The notes under the pieces are model-generated. The model was not told the origin of the DNA. It saw only the letters and a list, made by a program, of their open reading frames with translations, and searched no databases. This document shows positions 49,565-63,021 of a stretch of DNA of 64,000 nucleotides, piece after piece. The stretch covers positions 76,510,001 through 76,574,000 of the forward strand of contig NW_024704743.1 of the NCBI RefSeq assembly GCF_018977255.1. The letters run 5' to 3'. The position numbers and the translations under genes were made by a program. The stretch is from Callorhinchus milii (Eukaryota). Every line of letters begins with the position of its first letter. Positions within the stretch are counted from its first letter, which is position 1.

Positions 49565-49882
49565 TGGAGTCCTGTAGCTCAGTGGTTAGAGCACTCGCTT
49601 TGCAAGCGAGAGACCTGAGTTCAATTCCAGGCAGAGGGCGAAACCTTGGGCAAGTTTCCTTACTCCACACAGAGCCTAATAATAATCCCTCCAAAAAAAC
49701 AACACAATAATAAATTGGTCATTTTCAATCCATGACTGTTTGTGGGACATTGCTGTGCGCAATTGGCTGCCGCGTTCGCCCACAAATATACAGTCAATTC
49801 ACTTTACAGTATATTCTGTGAAGCGCTTTGGGACGTCTAGAAGACGTGAAAAGCGCTATATCAAATGCAAGAATTATTATAT
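49565..49882 (+). mobile_element. tRNA-derived SINE, full length (short form)
   Basis: GGAGTCCTGTAGCTCAGTGGTTAGAGCACTCGCTTTGCAAGCGAGAGACC head, core TTTGTGGGACATTGCTGTGCGCAATTGGCTGCCGCG resembling the Deu-SINE 3' domain, L2-type tail. Confidence 0.92.
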
Positions 49883-51935
49883 TACTTTATATAATGTCAT
49901 AAAGCAGGACTGCCATTTGAAAATACTTTGTAATATTTCTATTTGCAGATTGCCTGCATTGTGATCTGATTTTCATGGCATTTAGCTGATGCATATTAAT
50001 GCAGTATGGTTTAGTTGGAAGCACACTCTCTTCTGGGATAGAAGGTCACAAGTTCAAGCCAGATATCGGGGCTTTCAATTCATGTAGCCTGGGCTGAAAC
50101 TCCCAAATTGTTTTGGGAGTATGCTGCATTATAAGAGGAGCTGTCCTTCAGATTAGATGATAAAAACTGAGAACTTGGCTGTCTGTTCAGGTGGATGTTA
50201 AAGATCCCATAACACTATTTAAAAAAGGAAGGGAGTTTCTTTTGGTAATCGCACTTGAAGACCTTCGTCTTTGTCCGTGCCTACATTCACCTCCCTACTC
50301 TCGCTAGTTTGGAGTCAAGCTTTTCCATTGTAAAGCGCTCCGAGATGATACCCACATGAAGAGCACTATATATATAAATGCAAGTTATTGTTGTTGGTGG
50401 TAATGGTATCTTGGCCCAATATCCCCTGAATAAAATTGGTCATTCACTTCATGGCTGTTACTAAACTTTGCAGTATTATCCTGTGAAGCGCTTTGAAATA
50501 TCTTCCTGATAGAAAAGTGTTATATCAAATGCGTGGAGTGTCTATTTATTAATTTATAATGTGTATGAAACCTAGTGTACATTGGAGCAAGCTTACGCTT
50601 GCTAATAAATTCAGGAAGTTCTCACATCTGTCAAGGATCTCACCATATGTGTTCAGGAAACTAAAAATCAAAAGATATAGTTTAATCTGTTTCTTATGTT
50701 TTAAGCCATTGAAAGATTAGGCAATAAAATTGGTTGAACCAGAATGTTTCACAGCTGCTATTAATTCAATCCATATTGTGTTTTTAGATGCAATTGACTG
50801 TGACTTCCTTTTCATTTCTTTTTACCATTGTCAGTGTTGCAGCAAACAATTAATACTGTATATTTAAATACAGCAATATTTAAGCAAGAACAAGCATTGT
50901 ATAACTAGAAATGTATAAATCAAAGAAACACGATTTACACAGAATTTACACATACACCTGTGCCATCTGTGTCTTTCCACTCCCTCAGTTCTATTCAGTT
51001 CCATTAATCCACCGTTAATGCATTAAGAGGATTGGAAGCTGCATCTGCAACACAATTCCAAGCAAATCTATAACAGCTTTGAAAGCTAAAGCTCTAAATC
51101 TTGTCACCAGATCACTGTTTGATGTTTCAAACCACAATATCCGTGAATATCCTCTTTTCTTTCTGTTCAGTTTTCCATTCAATCTGGTATTGGAAGCTCA
51201 CTGTCATTATTGCAAACCACACATTGCGTCTAGGAAATCCTTAACTTGGTTATTCTCCCCAACAAGTGCAGTATGTTCTGTGAATTTGACTTTTGTATGT
51301 AATTAAGATTTTGTGAAGATTGGCTGCCAAGAGTTGGACAATGCCAACTTCATAGTTTAAAAAAACACAAGAACTTTTTTTGAACAATATACGATAACTA
51401 ACAATATGCAGTTCAACAACTAATTCACATTGTGAACTCTGAAATTTTCATATAAGTGAAGTAGAGGTTCTAAGTAGGATCAATGGCTAGAAATGATTAA
51501 ATCCACTGGAACACATGAATCATACTCCAGGATACTTGGAGAGATGAGGCAAGCACTGATATCCATTTTGAGGGAATTCATGAACACAGGAGAGGTTCTG
51601 ATAGACTGGAAAAAGTAACTGTGATTACCCCATTCAATAAAGGTGACTGAGTCTTATCTATACAGCCCCATTATTATGACCTCAATGATACATCAATAAA
51701 ATTAATGGATACAAAAATCCAAAGGAAATTGAGAGATTGGCTGTATTAAAATAGCCTCAGAAATGATTGGCAAAATAACTTGTCGAATGAGGAATGTAAG
51801 TGCAGGGAAACGCAACACTTTAACTTACATTTTGGTATTCCATTCTAAGTGCATGTCATTGAATGTGTGCTTGACCCACTGTCATGTGCACATTCCTCCC
51901 TTCCTGTCCCCCAGCATCAAACAGTGCTGGATTAG

Positions 51936-52203
51936 ATAATAATAATAATAATAATAATAATCCTTGCATTTGATATAGCGCTTTTCACGTCAGGAGGACG
52001 TCCCAAAGCGCTTCACAGAACACACTGTAAAGTGAATTGACTGTATATTTGTGGGCGAACGCGGCAGCCAATTGCGCACAGCAATGTCCCACAAACAGTC
52101 GTAGATTGAAAATGACCAATTTAATTATTGTTTTTGGTTTTGGAGGGATTATTATTAGGCGTGTGGAGTAAGGAAACTTGCCCAAGGTTTCGCCCTGCCT
52201 GGA
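51936..52203 (-). mobile_element. 5'-truncated SINE (short form)
   Basis: Reverse complement of core; long (TTA)n tail. Confidence 0.9.
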
Positions 52204-52867
52204 AACAGCACAATTAGACACAGAACAAAACTCCTTCTGAAGAACAATACAGTTAAGCCAAATTGTAAAGAAATTCTTCGGGTATCTGACAGATACCTGA
52301 GCAATGAAATGGTAGCTGAACAGAAAAGAGAAGTGTAGGAAGTCCAAGGATAATCTGCAAAACATTCTAGAGCAGAATCTCCTGGGAGCTGACATCAACT
52401 GAGCTGATTTCAAAGGGAAATCAGAAAAGATTTCAAGGGGAAAAGACTTCAAGGAGAGATAAGCGGGGACTCAGAGGAGACTAAAATGGCCAATGTCCTG
52501 GTTATTGTGTCCCAGCTGATATTTCCTAACTTGCACATGCGCAGCAAAACAGGAGTTGACATCAGCAGCTACTTAATGACCAGGAAGTTGGTTACTTTAC
52601 TGCAGAAATTGGTTGGCAGCTGAGAAGGGAGCAAACAAGCTAGCATACGCAATGAATGGGGTCCACAGTATGCTATTACACTGTGTAGAGCTCCGAGACA
52701 CTATGCTGTGTTAAGGGCGCTATATAAATGCAGGTTGTCATTCTTGAATTTGATGCTATAAAGAAGTGTATTACAATGAGGCTGCACTGTAATTGCAAAG
52801 TTGTGTGAGCTATACCTAATAGACAGGATTGTATTTTATTTAAAACAAATGTTTTCTCTGACATCAG

Positions 52868-52952
52868 GTACCAAGTGCTAGCTGTTGCCACAGATGCCGA
52901 AACAAAACAAAATTCTGAACAGCAGAAACTTGGGTCTGGGAAGAAACTAACG
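52868..52952 (+). CDS. BBS9: BBS9 coding exon 6
   Basis: 85 nt, YQVLAVATDAETKQNSEQQKLGSGKKLT; CAG/GTAAGG. Confidence 0.95.
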
Positions 52953-55810
52953 GTAAGGACAATTGTATTGAATAGGAACTGGACATCATGCCCTCACTTC
53001 ATCTTGAACCTCGACCTAAAATCAGAGAGACAAATCCAGATCCTGAAATGTTCTGCCATCTACTTAAACTGCAGTATTATCTTTTATTTGTTATCGATGG
53101 TGTATTTCAGGAAAAAACGATTGCAAGAAAGTTAGCAAATTGTAACTGCAAGCTCATAGAATCAGAGAAAATTTCCAGCGCAGAAGGAAGCAATTTTGTC
53201 TGTCCTGCTGCTAACTCCCCCACTTGAGCTATCTGCACTGATCCCAATCCTATGATCTTTCCCTGCTCTTATGGGCTCAACTTCAGTCAATTGTAGTATA
53301 GGATTCCATAATCTAGCACATTATTCATGAAGGAAGTTTACATCAGTGCACTTTTATGCTTAGAGCACAGGAAGTAACATTTGCTGATGTTACACAAAAT
53401 ACACGGTAATAATCCACCTTAGAGTAAATCCTGTGAAGCCCTTTGAGCCATTCTCCCAATGTGAAAAGTGTATTATCAAATACAAGTTTAATTTTGCCTG
53501 TCTTCGAATTCAATTGGATTCACTACTTCCCATATTCCTAATCTATCTTATATCCTCCGACAGTCTTTTCTATTCCTCTGTTTGGAAGAATTTATACATC
53601 GTGATATATTTTCATTACGTGTTCTTTTCTGCAAATTTGTTTCGGGGTTTGATACCAATCCCCAGATCTTGTGCAAGTGACTGGCCAGTGCCTTGGGAGG
53701 TTCTCCCAACGTGAAAGGTACTATATAAATGCAATTTGTTGTGTTGTTGCTTCTGTTTACATCACTCCTAATCTGTCTATATCTTCTAACCTGCGTGATT
53801 TTGCTTAACATTTTGCCATGCCTTCTTACTTATTATCATCTGCAGATTTTGATATGTTTCTTCATATGACCACATTCCAATCAATTATGTACCCAGAAGG
53901 GATCTCAGCATTTCATTTATTCATCTTGTGGAGCGATAGAATCCAATCCCCTAACAATAATATGAAAATACTTGTAACAAATTTCATTGAAATCTTGTAG
54001 CTTTTTAAAATGTGGAATGCAGCCCTTCAGTTACTCATGGTGTTTGTAGCTACTTCCTTTTGCCTATCTATTTCTTCAGATGAATATCAATTTCACATCC
54101 AAGACCATAACACCAACATGTTTGAAGCCTTTTAAGACAGATTTCTAAATTCTGTAGTTTACGTGCCAAACTCCCTTCTCTGATAACTAATCAGACTTTA
54201 CAGATCTTTAAGAGGAAACTGGAGTGATTCAGTGCTTGGTTCAAAGACAATGTATGTGAACAGTCTTGATTGCTGAATGAAAATCTTCAAAATGTTCCAG
54301 TTCCAGACATTGGTCCCTTTTTCCCACAATCAATTGTGGGAGATTTGGTTGGTGCATGTTCAAACCAATCAGTTTGTCCCACAATACTGTAGATTAACTT
54401 ATTCAGTTTATGTTTAGTGTTTTTTAATCAAATTCTGTTTCAAATAAATCTCCTATTAATTACGCTTATCAATGTTTTCATAATTCTTGTTACGCAAGAC
54501 TTCGCAAAAGTTTTGTCTTTGTTTCTTGTGTTTGTTGCGTCTAGAAGCTCTCAACATTTTTCTCTTATTTTGTAATGCTGATTCCTGTTACTTTGAGATG
54601 TTGCCAAATTTTTAGATACTAATTTGTTGATGTACCTTTGCTTTGTTAGCAAATACTTTGGGAAGCAAACGCCTTAGATCCTTTTTCTTGGTTTACTATT
54701 TTCTCAAATTGTATGTTATGTCAACATTGTATCTCATGGATAGCCAAGATTAAGACTCTCCTGATGTATGTATGGATGCTGTGGACATGCTGATAGAATT
54801 CGATCTTAGTTTCACCTTGTATAATCGGAGGCGGATCCAAGGGTGGGTGCTGAAAGAGGCCCGGGACCCCTCACCCCCCCAAGTTTGAAGTATTTATGTA
54901 TTAATTTAAGCTGTGTTTCTCAAGCATAAAACTTTTGTGAGTTGCTTGATCTTTGATCATGTTTAAAGATCAGTAGAAGCACAGGAATAAAGTTCCAATA
55001 CCTGCCTTTAATGTCCGCAATTATATTTGAATCGTGGACTTTGCTCACTGTCTGTAATAACACTGGTATCACCAGCATCTTTATAGACACGGCAAACTCA
55101 AAAAAATATATATTTTAAATTTCCTCTCTTTATCTTTCAGTGCCTCAGTCTGTCCCAGTCAGTGAGTGACAGGGATAGACAGGCTCTGATGGACACAGAG
55201 AGGCACGGAATGTTTTTTTTAAATTTAATTTCCCACTGTCTTTATGCCAGTGGTTACTAACATTATTAGAGACAGTGGGAAATTAAAAAATATCAAACAG
55301 ACATTAAAAAAAAACCTACATAGGAACAAAAGATAATTAAGCAATTCGTAAAATGCAGTTTGAGTATATTTTAGGTGTATAGTTTGCCCTTTTCATTACT
55401 CAAGATTTGGTTTCTAATGTATAGGGTATATTGGTAGCCCATTAGATCCATTGAGCCAACTTCATCATATATTAGTATATGGTAGCTCATTATCTTACTA
55501 ATCCTATTTTTCCTTTTTGTCATTACTATACTTTGAAACATATTTTGGCTGACTGCATGGGATAAGGGTTTGAAACTGCTGATTTGGATAGTTTGTTTCC
55601 TTAAACAAATTGTTATTATTGCAATGGTTTCTACTTTCTTAGCCACAATGTCTTCACTGATTTCCAAACAGAGCTTCACATGTGATAAATGAAAGATACG
55701 TGTACAATTGCAATTTGTATCCACCACTACTTCTAAATCATTTTTGGTGGTGAAAGCAGGTAGAGTGTGGTCCATGGTTTAGAGTGGTCCAAACATGTTG
55801 ATGTTCTTAA

Positions 55811-56470
55811 CAACAACAACTTGCACTTATGTAGCCCCCTCACGCAGTGTAGCGTCCCAGAGTGCTTGACAGTGGCGGAGCACGACTCTGAGCCGGGGGG
55901 AGATGTGACCGTAGGCATGGTCGAATGGGAAGATCTTCAGGCACATCCTGAATATGGGGAAGGAAGTGGCAAGGCGGATAGATAGAGGTAGAGTGTTCCA
56001 GAGTTTCAGGGCGTAGTGGCTGAAAGCTCCACCACCTATGGTGGAATGGAGAGCACGAGAGACATGCAGAAGGCCGTACCCAGTCAAGTGGAGGCAGCCG
56101 GCTGTGGGTCGGGGGGTAAGCAGGTCGGAGAGGTAGAGTGGTGCCAGGGCATGAAGGATTTGAAAACGAGTGTGAGGATCTTGAAATCGACCAGTTCAGT
56201 GACGGGGAACCAGTGGAGTTTTCTCTAGAACTGGTGTGGTGGGGGTACGGAGTTTAATACGGGTGAATATGCGGGCGGTGGAGTCCAGTCGGCAGGTAAC
56301 AAATGCATGGATGAGTGTTTTGGCTGTGACTGGAGTAAGGTACGGTCGGAGGCAGGCAATGTGATATAGGTGGAGATATTCTTAATGTTTATTGATGAGG
56401 AAGAGTGCTCAATGAGATAATATTGAAATAATTGAGCTGTAACGTGAAATTCTGGTTGAAGTGGGATGGA
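55811..56470 (-). mobile_element. L2 3' fragment (family B)
   Basis: GGAFSHYALKLWNTLP; (AAC)n on plus strand marks the tail. Confidence 0.83.
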
Positions 56471-57136
56471 TTGATATGCCATTGAGCAGTGTACATATAG
56501 CATGTGAGAGAAAGTCTCTTGCAATTTCATGGCATTTAAGTTGAAGTGATAGAGTATGGTTTACTCTGTTTAGAATACTGACTTTGGAGGTTAAATCTAT
56601 GGTCATGTGGGAATAACCTTTATTTGGAAAACAGGGAAGTATCCCTCACATATATTTTATTTATTTTCTGATAAATTTATCTACAACTTGATCAGCATCT
56701 ATATTCATATCATAATGAACGTGCATCAAAGTAAGTTTGGTCATTCTTTCTTCACTCATTACATTTCTCAAATATGTTTTGACTCTCCTATATGCAGAGT
56801 GAGATCTTTAGGATTCACAACTAGTAACTGGCAAAACATATCCAATTGATGTTTTTCAGAGTTTCTCTCTCTCGGTCATTTTAACTTTCTTTCCTTGATC
56901 CATTGCTGCATTCTCAGGTCAGGTATTGGGTCAAACCAGATTAATTGCTGTAATTCAGTGTAGTGCCACCCTGTGGTAAGAAGCCGATACTAACATGAAG
57001 CACAGTAGACTGGATCTACAGCTCCATTGAGTGTTATCATGGCAGAAAATGTTGTTGTGAAAGTGCAGAGGTTCATGTCCGTATTTTATTTATAAATGTA
57101 ATTTCCATGTGATGTCATATTTTGTTTTGTTTTCAG

Positions 57137-57320
57137 AAAGACTGGATAGTGAACATTGGTGAACAAGCGTTGGACATATGCATAGTATCATTTATGCAGG
57201 CTGCTTCCTCTATATTTGTACTCGGAGAGAGAAACCTTTTTTGTTTTAAAGAAAATGGACAACTTCGTTTTATGAAAAAAATGGAGTATAGCCCTAGTTG
57301 CTTCTTACCATACGGTTCAG
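57137..57320 (+). CDS. BBS9: BBS9 coding exon 7
   Basis: 184 nt, KDWIVNIGEQALDICIVSF...LGERNLFCFKENGQLRFMKKMEYSPSCFLPYGS; CAG/GTATGT. Confidence 0.95.
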
Positions 57321-57654
57321 GTATGTAAGTTTCAAAGCTGAAACTTTAAATTAATACTTAGGTGCTCTGCTAATCCCTTATTTCTACAATTCTATACAAA
57401 TAGAAAGTGTTGTTGTTTAACTAATCATTGATGAACAATGAAGCACTTTCAGTTGTTTTCCTTGGTCACACTTCACAGCACTGAACCTGTGCCCTCATGT
57501 CCTGCTGCCTGTGGGTATCTGGAAGTATTATTCTGGGTTTACGTTCTCAATGTAATTTAGTAACTTTTGTACCCCTAAAAGATGTCTCTTTGCAAAGCTG
57601 GAGAGCTCCACTCATTTAGTTTTTACTCGTAGCTCATCCCGTCTTTACTTATAG

Positions 57655-57900
57655 TTTGATGCTTTAAAACTAGGGATTATCCCCGTTGCTCTCCTCTCTA
57701 GTCTGGATTCCCCCTTGTTTTGTGGTGACCAGAACTATATTCAATACTCCAGGTGTGGCCTGACCAGAGCACAGTGCAGTGCTGGTAATCTGAACTTGAA
57801 CTGATTTGGCAATATAGCTTAGTATCCTGTTTTCCTTATTCATTGCTGCTTTGCACCATTTTGACACGGTGAGCAGTGAATCAATGAACACACCTAGTCT
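57655..57900 (-). mobile_element. CR1-clade LINE RT-end relic
   Basis: KRLGVFIDSLL...AAMNKENRILSYI and ALVRPHLEY-like segment; similar relics at ~36480-36840, 41440-41670, 45700-46510, 58740-58980, 59850-60050. Confidence 0.7.
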
Positions 57901-58261
57901 TTTAGTTTTCCTCTTTGGCAATTGTATCATAAGATCACGAGGACACAAGATTAGTTTGGGTCAAGAAAGCCCTTTGGCCCATCTGATCACATCCCTCCAG
58001 AATACCTACCCAACCATCCTCCCATTACAGCATCAAGTTTTTTTTTAAATGAGTCCAGTGTCCTAACCTCAACCCCCCTTCCTGGCAACCTGTTCCAGTC
58101 ATTAACCTCTTACTAAAGAGGAATTTCCTGGTATCTGTCCTGAAACTGAAATACAACTCTAAACCTATATCCTCTTAGTCTGTCTTCATGCATCATAAAG
58201 TACTATTCTGTCCTCAGAGTATGTGTGCCTCTGTTTTTACTTATGGAGTCATGTGGAGGAC

Positions 58262-58740
58262 TGGAGTCCTGTAGCTTAGTGGTTAGAGCAGTCGCCTCTC
58301 AAGCAAGAGACCTGGGTTCGATTCCTGGCAGGGTGAAATGTTGGGCAAGTTTCCGTACTCCACACACCTGATAATAATCCCTCAAGAAAAAAATAAATAA
58401 ATTGGTCGCTTCAATCCAAGACTGTTTGTGGGACAATTCCTTGCGCAATTGGTTGCCGCGTTTCGCCCACAAACATACAGTCAATTCACTTTACAGTATA
58501 TTCTGTGAAGTGCTTTAAGACGTCTAGATGGTGTGAAAAAGCGCTATATCAAATGCAAGGATTATTATTATTATAATAAATTGATCACTCAATCCACAAC
58601 TGTTTGTGGGACACTGCTGTGCACAATTGGTTGCCACATTTCGCCCTCAAAATATACAGTCAGTTGACTTTACAATATATTCTGTGAAGCACTTTGAGTG
58701 ATAAGACACGATATCAAATGCAAGGACTATTGTTATTATT
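58262..58740 (+). mobile_element. Full SINE followed by a second tandem 3' half
   Basis: Core plus tail occurs twice (ending ~58575 and ~58740). Confidence 0.87.
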
Positions 58741-59353
58741 GTTTCCTGCGTGCAGTACCTTACATTTATCTGTATTGAACATTTGCCAGTCATGAGCTCA
58801 TGTGTTAACCCTGCAAAGTTCTATTTCTAAGTTCTTTGCTCTCCACTCAGATTTCACAGTTTACCATACCTTGGTGTTATCTGCTCCACATTTACGTATT
58901 ATCTTGCACTGAGTCTGTGAATCCAGGTTAATAATGTAAACAAGGAACAAAAGGGGCCCCGGTATGGAGTAAGGGCCCTTGAAGTACCCCAAATCTATTC
59001 ATTTATATGTGAAAGCTGTGTTTACAGACATGCTGCATTTGAATACATAAAATCTGTGGATCTTCAGGTCTGTATGTCATCCATTAGCCATTCTGGAATC
59101 TTGGGTTACAGAAAGTTGACGACTCTCTTTTAGAAGCCGCAGGTCCTACTGACTGGGATTGTAACGCAAACATGAAATATCTTATAATTTGTCTTAATTG
59201 AGAAACACAATATTAATTTTTATGTAGTTTTTAAGTAAGTTGTTACTACTTACAGTGAATGATAAGCCTAGCTTTTACAGATATGAAATTCTGCTTTGCA
59301 TTTATTTCATTGGGGAATAAATAAATTGATTTATTTTATTGTTTCTGTTACAG

Positions 59354-59483
59354 TTTCGGAAGGAACAATAAACACTCTCATTGGAAACCATAATAACATG
59401 CTGCTAATATACCAAGATGTTACTCTGAAATGGGCTGCACAGCTTTCACACATTTCTGTGGCTGTTAGAGTTGCCAACTTCCA
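59354..59483 (+). CDS. BBS9: BBS9 coding exon 8
   Basis: 130 nt, (V)SEGTINTLIGNHNNMLLIYQDVTLKWAAQLSHISVAVRVANF(Q); CAG/GTGAGT. Confidence 0.95.
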
Positions 59484-61711
59484 GTGAGTAGCCCAATGTT
59501 GAATCCGATGCCGTGCAGAATCATGGCTTTTATGCCTTTTATGTGAGTTTACTTAGTGCCTTCGTGCAGATGCGTTGCTCATTTTAATTTCACTGTGGTG
59601 GTAATGGCCCAAATATTTTACTGAAATAATTTTTTATTAAAAAAGAACTTTTTCAAATCAGTTATGTGTTTTACCCTGCAAAAGAGGATCATTGCAAATG
59701 CAGATATAACTACAGAAAAGATGTAACATTTTTCTAATGTTTAAAGAATGGTTTTGCCTAAATTAATTTAGGTATGCTTGTATAAATCATTAGTCAGACC
59801 AGTTCAATTTTGCATTCAGTTTTTCTCCCCCAATGCGACAGTGTCCCACAAACTAGGTTGTTGGGTGTGGAATGCCCTGCCAGGGGTGGTGGTTGAGGCA
59901 GGATACATATTAATGTTCAAGAGGAAACTAGATAGATATCTTAAAAAGAAGTAATTTGCAGGGTTTTGGGGAAAACAAAGGTTAATGGGAATGAATGGAT
60001 TTTTTTTCAAAAAGCCAGTACAGACATACGGTATTCTTCTGTGCTGTAAAGTTTATGGTAGTTGTCTTATGTAACAGATATTTAATCTAGATATTTGACA
60101 TAAAGATACAACTTAGATTTGAGTTTTGAGAAATAACCATATTGCAGTTCTAATATACATTAATAAATGGTATCTAATCAGCACAATATAATAGTAATTA
60201 CCTAACAAGAGAAAACTATGAAGTCCAAGTCGTACAGGATATTTTTGAATTTTCAAAATAAGTGGTGACACTGGAACTGTTACTCTGATTTTTTTCCTCT
60301 TGTACTATATGCCCTGTTACAACAATTATATTTTCAATTGAGAAAAAAATATTTTTATTTCAACTTCAAGATTCTATATGAAGCATTCTGTTTCAGAAAT
60401 GCTTTCCGCTTTTAGTCAGCTTTGTTCAGTAACTGCATAAGTGCACAGAATTATCATGTATTCATTTCGCATTTTTAGAAGGATTGCCTATTATCAACAA
60501 GAATATGTGGCCAATTCTAGCCATTTAGAAATTGTTAACCTGCATTTTTAAAAAGAACTCTGTATATCTGAATACTCAGAAATCCAAATATCATGCTACA
60601 TTGGATACCAATCATTATTGCTCTTCATAGTTCAATTGATTCTTTTCTAATTAATTTGTTTTACACACAATATTGCTTACACATTCAAGAGTAGATCTGT
60701 CATCAATAGTTATATGAGATTTTCATTGTCTGCTCTTTCTGATATGCAGTCTTCCAGAAAGTTACTTCAGAAATGTGCGATGCGTTTTACAAACTGCTTT
60801 GGACTGAAGAGGGCATTCCTAAATTCACACTATTCAGTTATCCAGTTTAGTACTTTCTGTTGAAAATGTAGTGAGATGGATTAAAAAAAACAGGTAGTAT
60901 GTCTTACAGCTTTACTTTGACCTAGTGTGTGCATCGCTGTTGTTTCTGTCAAGGAGCTGGTTGGGTAATACTTGATGCCATTTGAGATGACGTTTTTTGG
61001 AAATGTTCAACGATATCAACACAAACAGAAAATGTCTTTTATCATGGTGCAGGAGGGTAGGTTAAATGATCTGACGTTGTTTGAAGTCTGCTAGCTTTCT
61101 TTTATTTTTTATCAGACAATCTCTCCACTCTCACTGCTTTTAATGCAAGCAAACCTTTTTAGCCACCAATCTCCCAAGCCGACAGTGATGATAAGATGAA
61201 ATTTGATGCTCCAGTATTTTTTTCCTCCTGCTAGATAAAATAGCTTTGTCTTTTTGTAGTCAAAGAAGCTTGTCAAGTTGAATGAATGAATATTTTTATA
61301 GTGAAAATAATTACTTTAAGCCTTTAGATTCTGTGGAGTTAGTTAGCTGCTGATGCATGAATAACAGTGGTTATTGTGAAAGCAGTTTAACTGGTTGTAA
61401 ACCAATTTAAGATTGTTCAATGTAAGTAATAGAAATTTAAAAATATTCAAGAAATGTTATAGTTGTATCTGGATGATAATTGCAGTGCTTTATTTTTTAA
61501 CTCACCTCGGGATATTGCTCATCTTTGAGAAAGTAGTGGTGTGCCTTCTGTTTAAACTGCTGCAGTGTTTGTGGTGATGGTGCTCTCACAATGATGTTGG
61601 ATAGGGAGTTACAGGATTCTGGCCCAATGATGATGAAGGAATGGTGGTATCATGGGAATTCACCACCTTGAAGTTTCCCTCCAAGTTACTAAATCAGGGT
61701 GGTTGTAACTT

Positions 61712-61900
61712 AATAATAATATTAATCCTTGCATTTGATACAGTGCCTCATCACGTCTTCCAGACATCTCAAAAGACTTCACAGAATATACTGTAAAGGG
61801 AATTGACTGTATGTTTTGTGGGCAAAATGTGGCAGACAATTACACAAAGCAGTGTCCCACAAAGAGTCATGGATTAAGCGACCAAAGTATCATTTATTTA
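61712..61900 (-). mobile_element. SINE 3' half
   Basis: Reverse complement of core and tail; similar partial copies at ~13390-13495, 18461-18560, 25145-25308, 38630-38810, 43370-43600. Confidence 0.8.
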
Positions 61901-62839
61901 TTTATTTATTTACTTTGAAAGAAACTTCAAGGTGGTGAGTTGCATGATATCTTATCCTCCTGGATGATAGAGGTCATGCAGCTGGAAGTGCTGTCTTCCA
62001 CTCCCAAGTCCTACCGATGAACCAGTCTGCTGGTCTGCTATCATCAGTGCCTAGAGTTTTATAGACCCACATGGCTCAGGAACTGGATTACCAAGACCAC
62101 CATAGAGAGCCGACTTGATTCCAACATTCCATTGCGAAGCCTGTCACCTTGGAGCCAGTTCAGCTCCAAGGTGATGCACTTGGCATAGTCCGTGCCAGAG
62201 GCTCGGTACATCATGCTGCTGGTTAAGGGAGTCCACCTAAGACCTGTGGTATAAGCAAGGCAAAGCCCTATCGAAGGGCACTATAATTTGTTTTCCTTGA
62301 CAAAGTGACTTCAGTGGGGCTTTCTGTAAAAGCACAAAATCAAAATCAACACATAGAATTTGACAACAACCTGGTAGTTGGACAAATTTTAAGTGTGGGA
62401 AGCTTAATCTGTACAGGAGGCTGGGGGTATAATGCTTCTGGTTAGGGTAGGCAAGGCAACCCTATATCAAAGGGCACTATAATGGGTTTTCCTGTATTTG
62501 TCGAAGAAGCAGCAACTCATCATTCAAGATTAACTGGTGAGTGCAAATATGTGTAGGAAGAGAAGCTGTGCTTATCTGCTGCAGATCAAGAAATACGTTC
62601 AAAATGTTGCCGAAAACCTGAATCACTATCAATGTGTTTGGAAAAGCACCATGTTTAAATGGTGACAGCAAAATGTGCACATCAGGTTCAAGCACCATTC
62701 GTGCTGCCATCTCTTTATGGGAAGTCATCATAACCAACTTTGAAAATTGGTGCAGTGCTGCAAAGAGACATTGTAAAATGTAATTCAGTAACTGAATCTG
62801 CTTGAGAGTACTAACTATACCATTCTCTTTCCAATGCAG

Positions 62840-63021
62840 GGATTTGAAGTGTGTAGTGGTCACTTTAAGTGACAGTGGCCATTTACAATGCTCATATTTG
62901 GGGACAGATCCTTCGCTATTTCAGGCTCCAAAAGTTGAATCGAGGGAATTAAATTATGAAGAGATGGATGGAGAACTGAAGGAATTGCAGAGAGTTATCA
63001 GGGAAGCTATAAAATCACAAG
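62840..63021 (+). CDS. BBS9: BBS9 coding exon 9
   Basis: 182 nt, DLKCVVVTLSDSGHLQCSYLGTDPSLFQAPKVESRELNYEEMDGELKELQRVIREAIKSQ; CAG/GTACCC. Confidence 0.95.
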
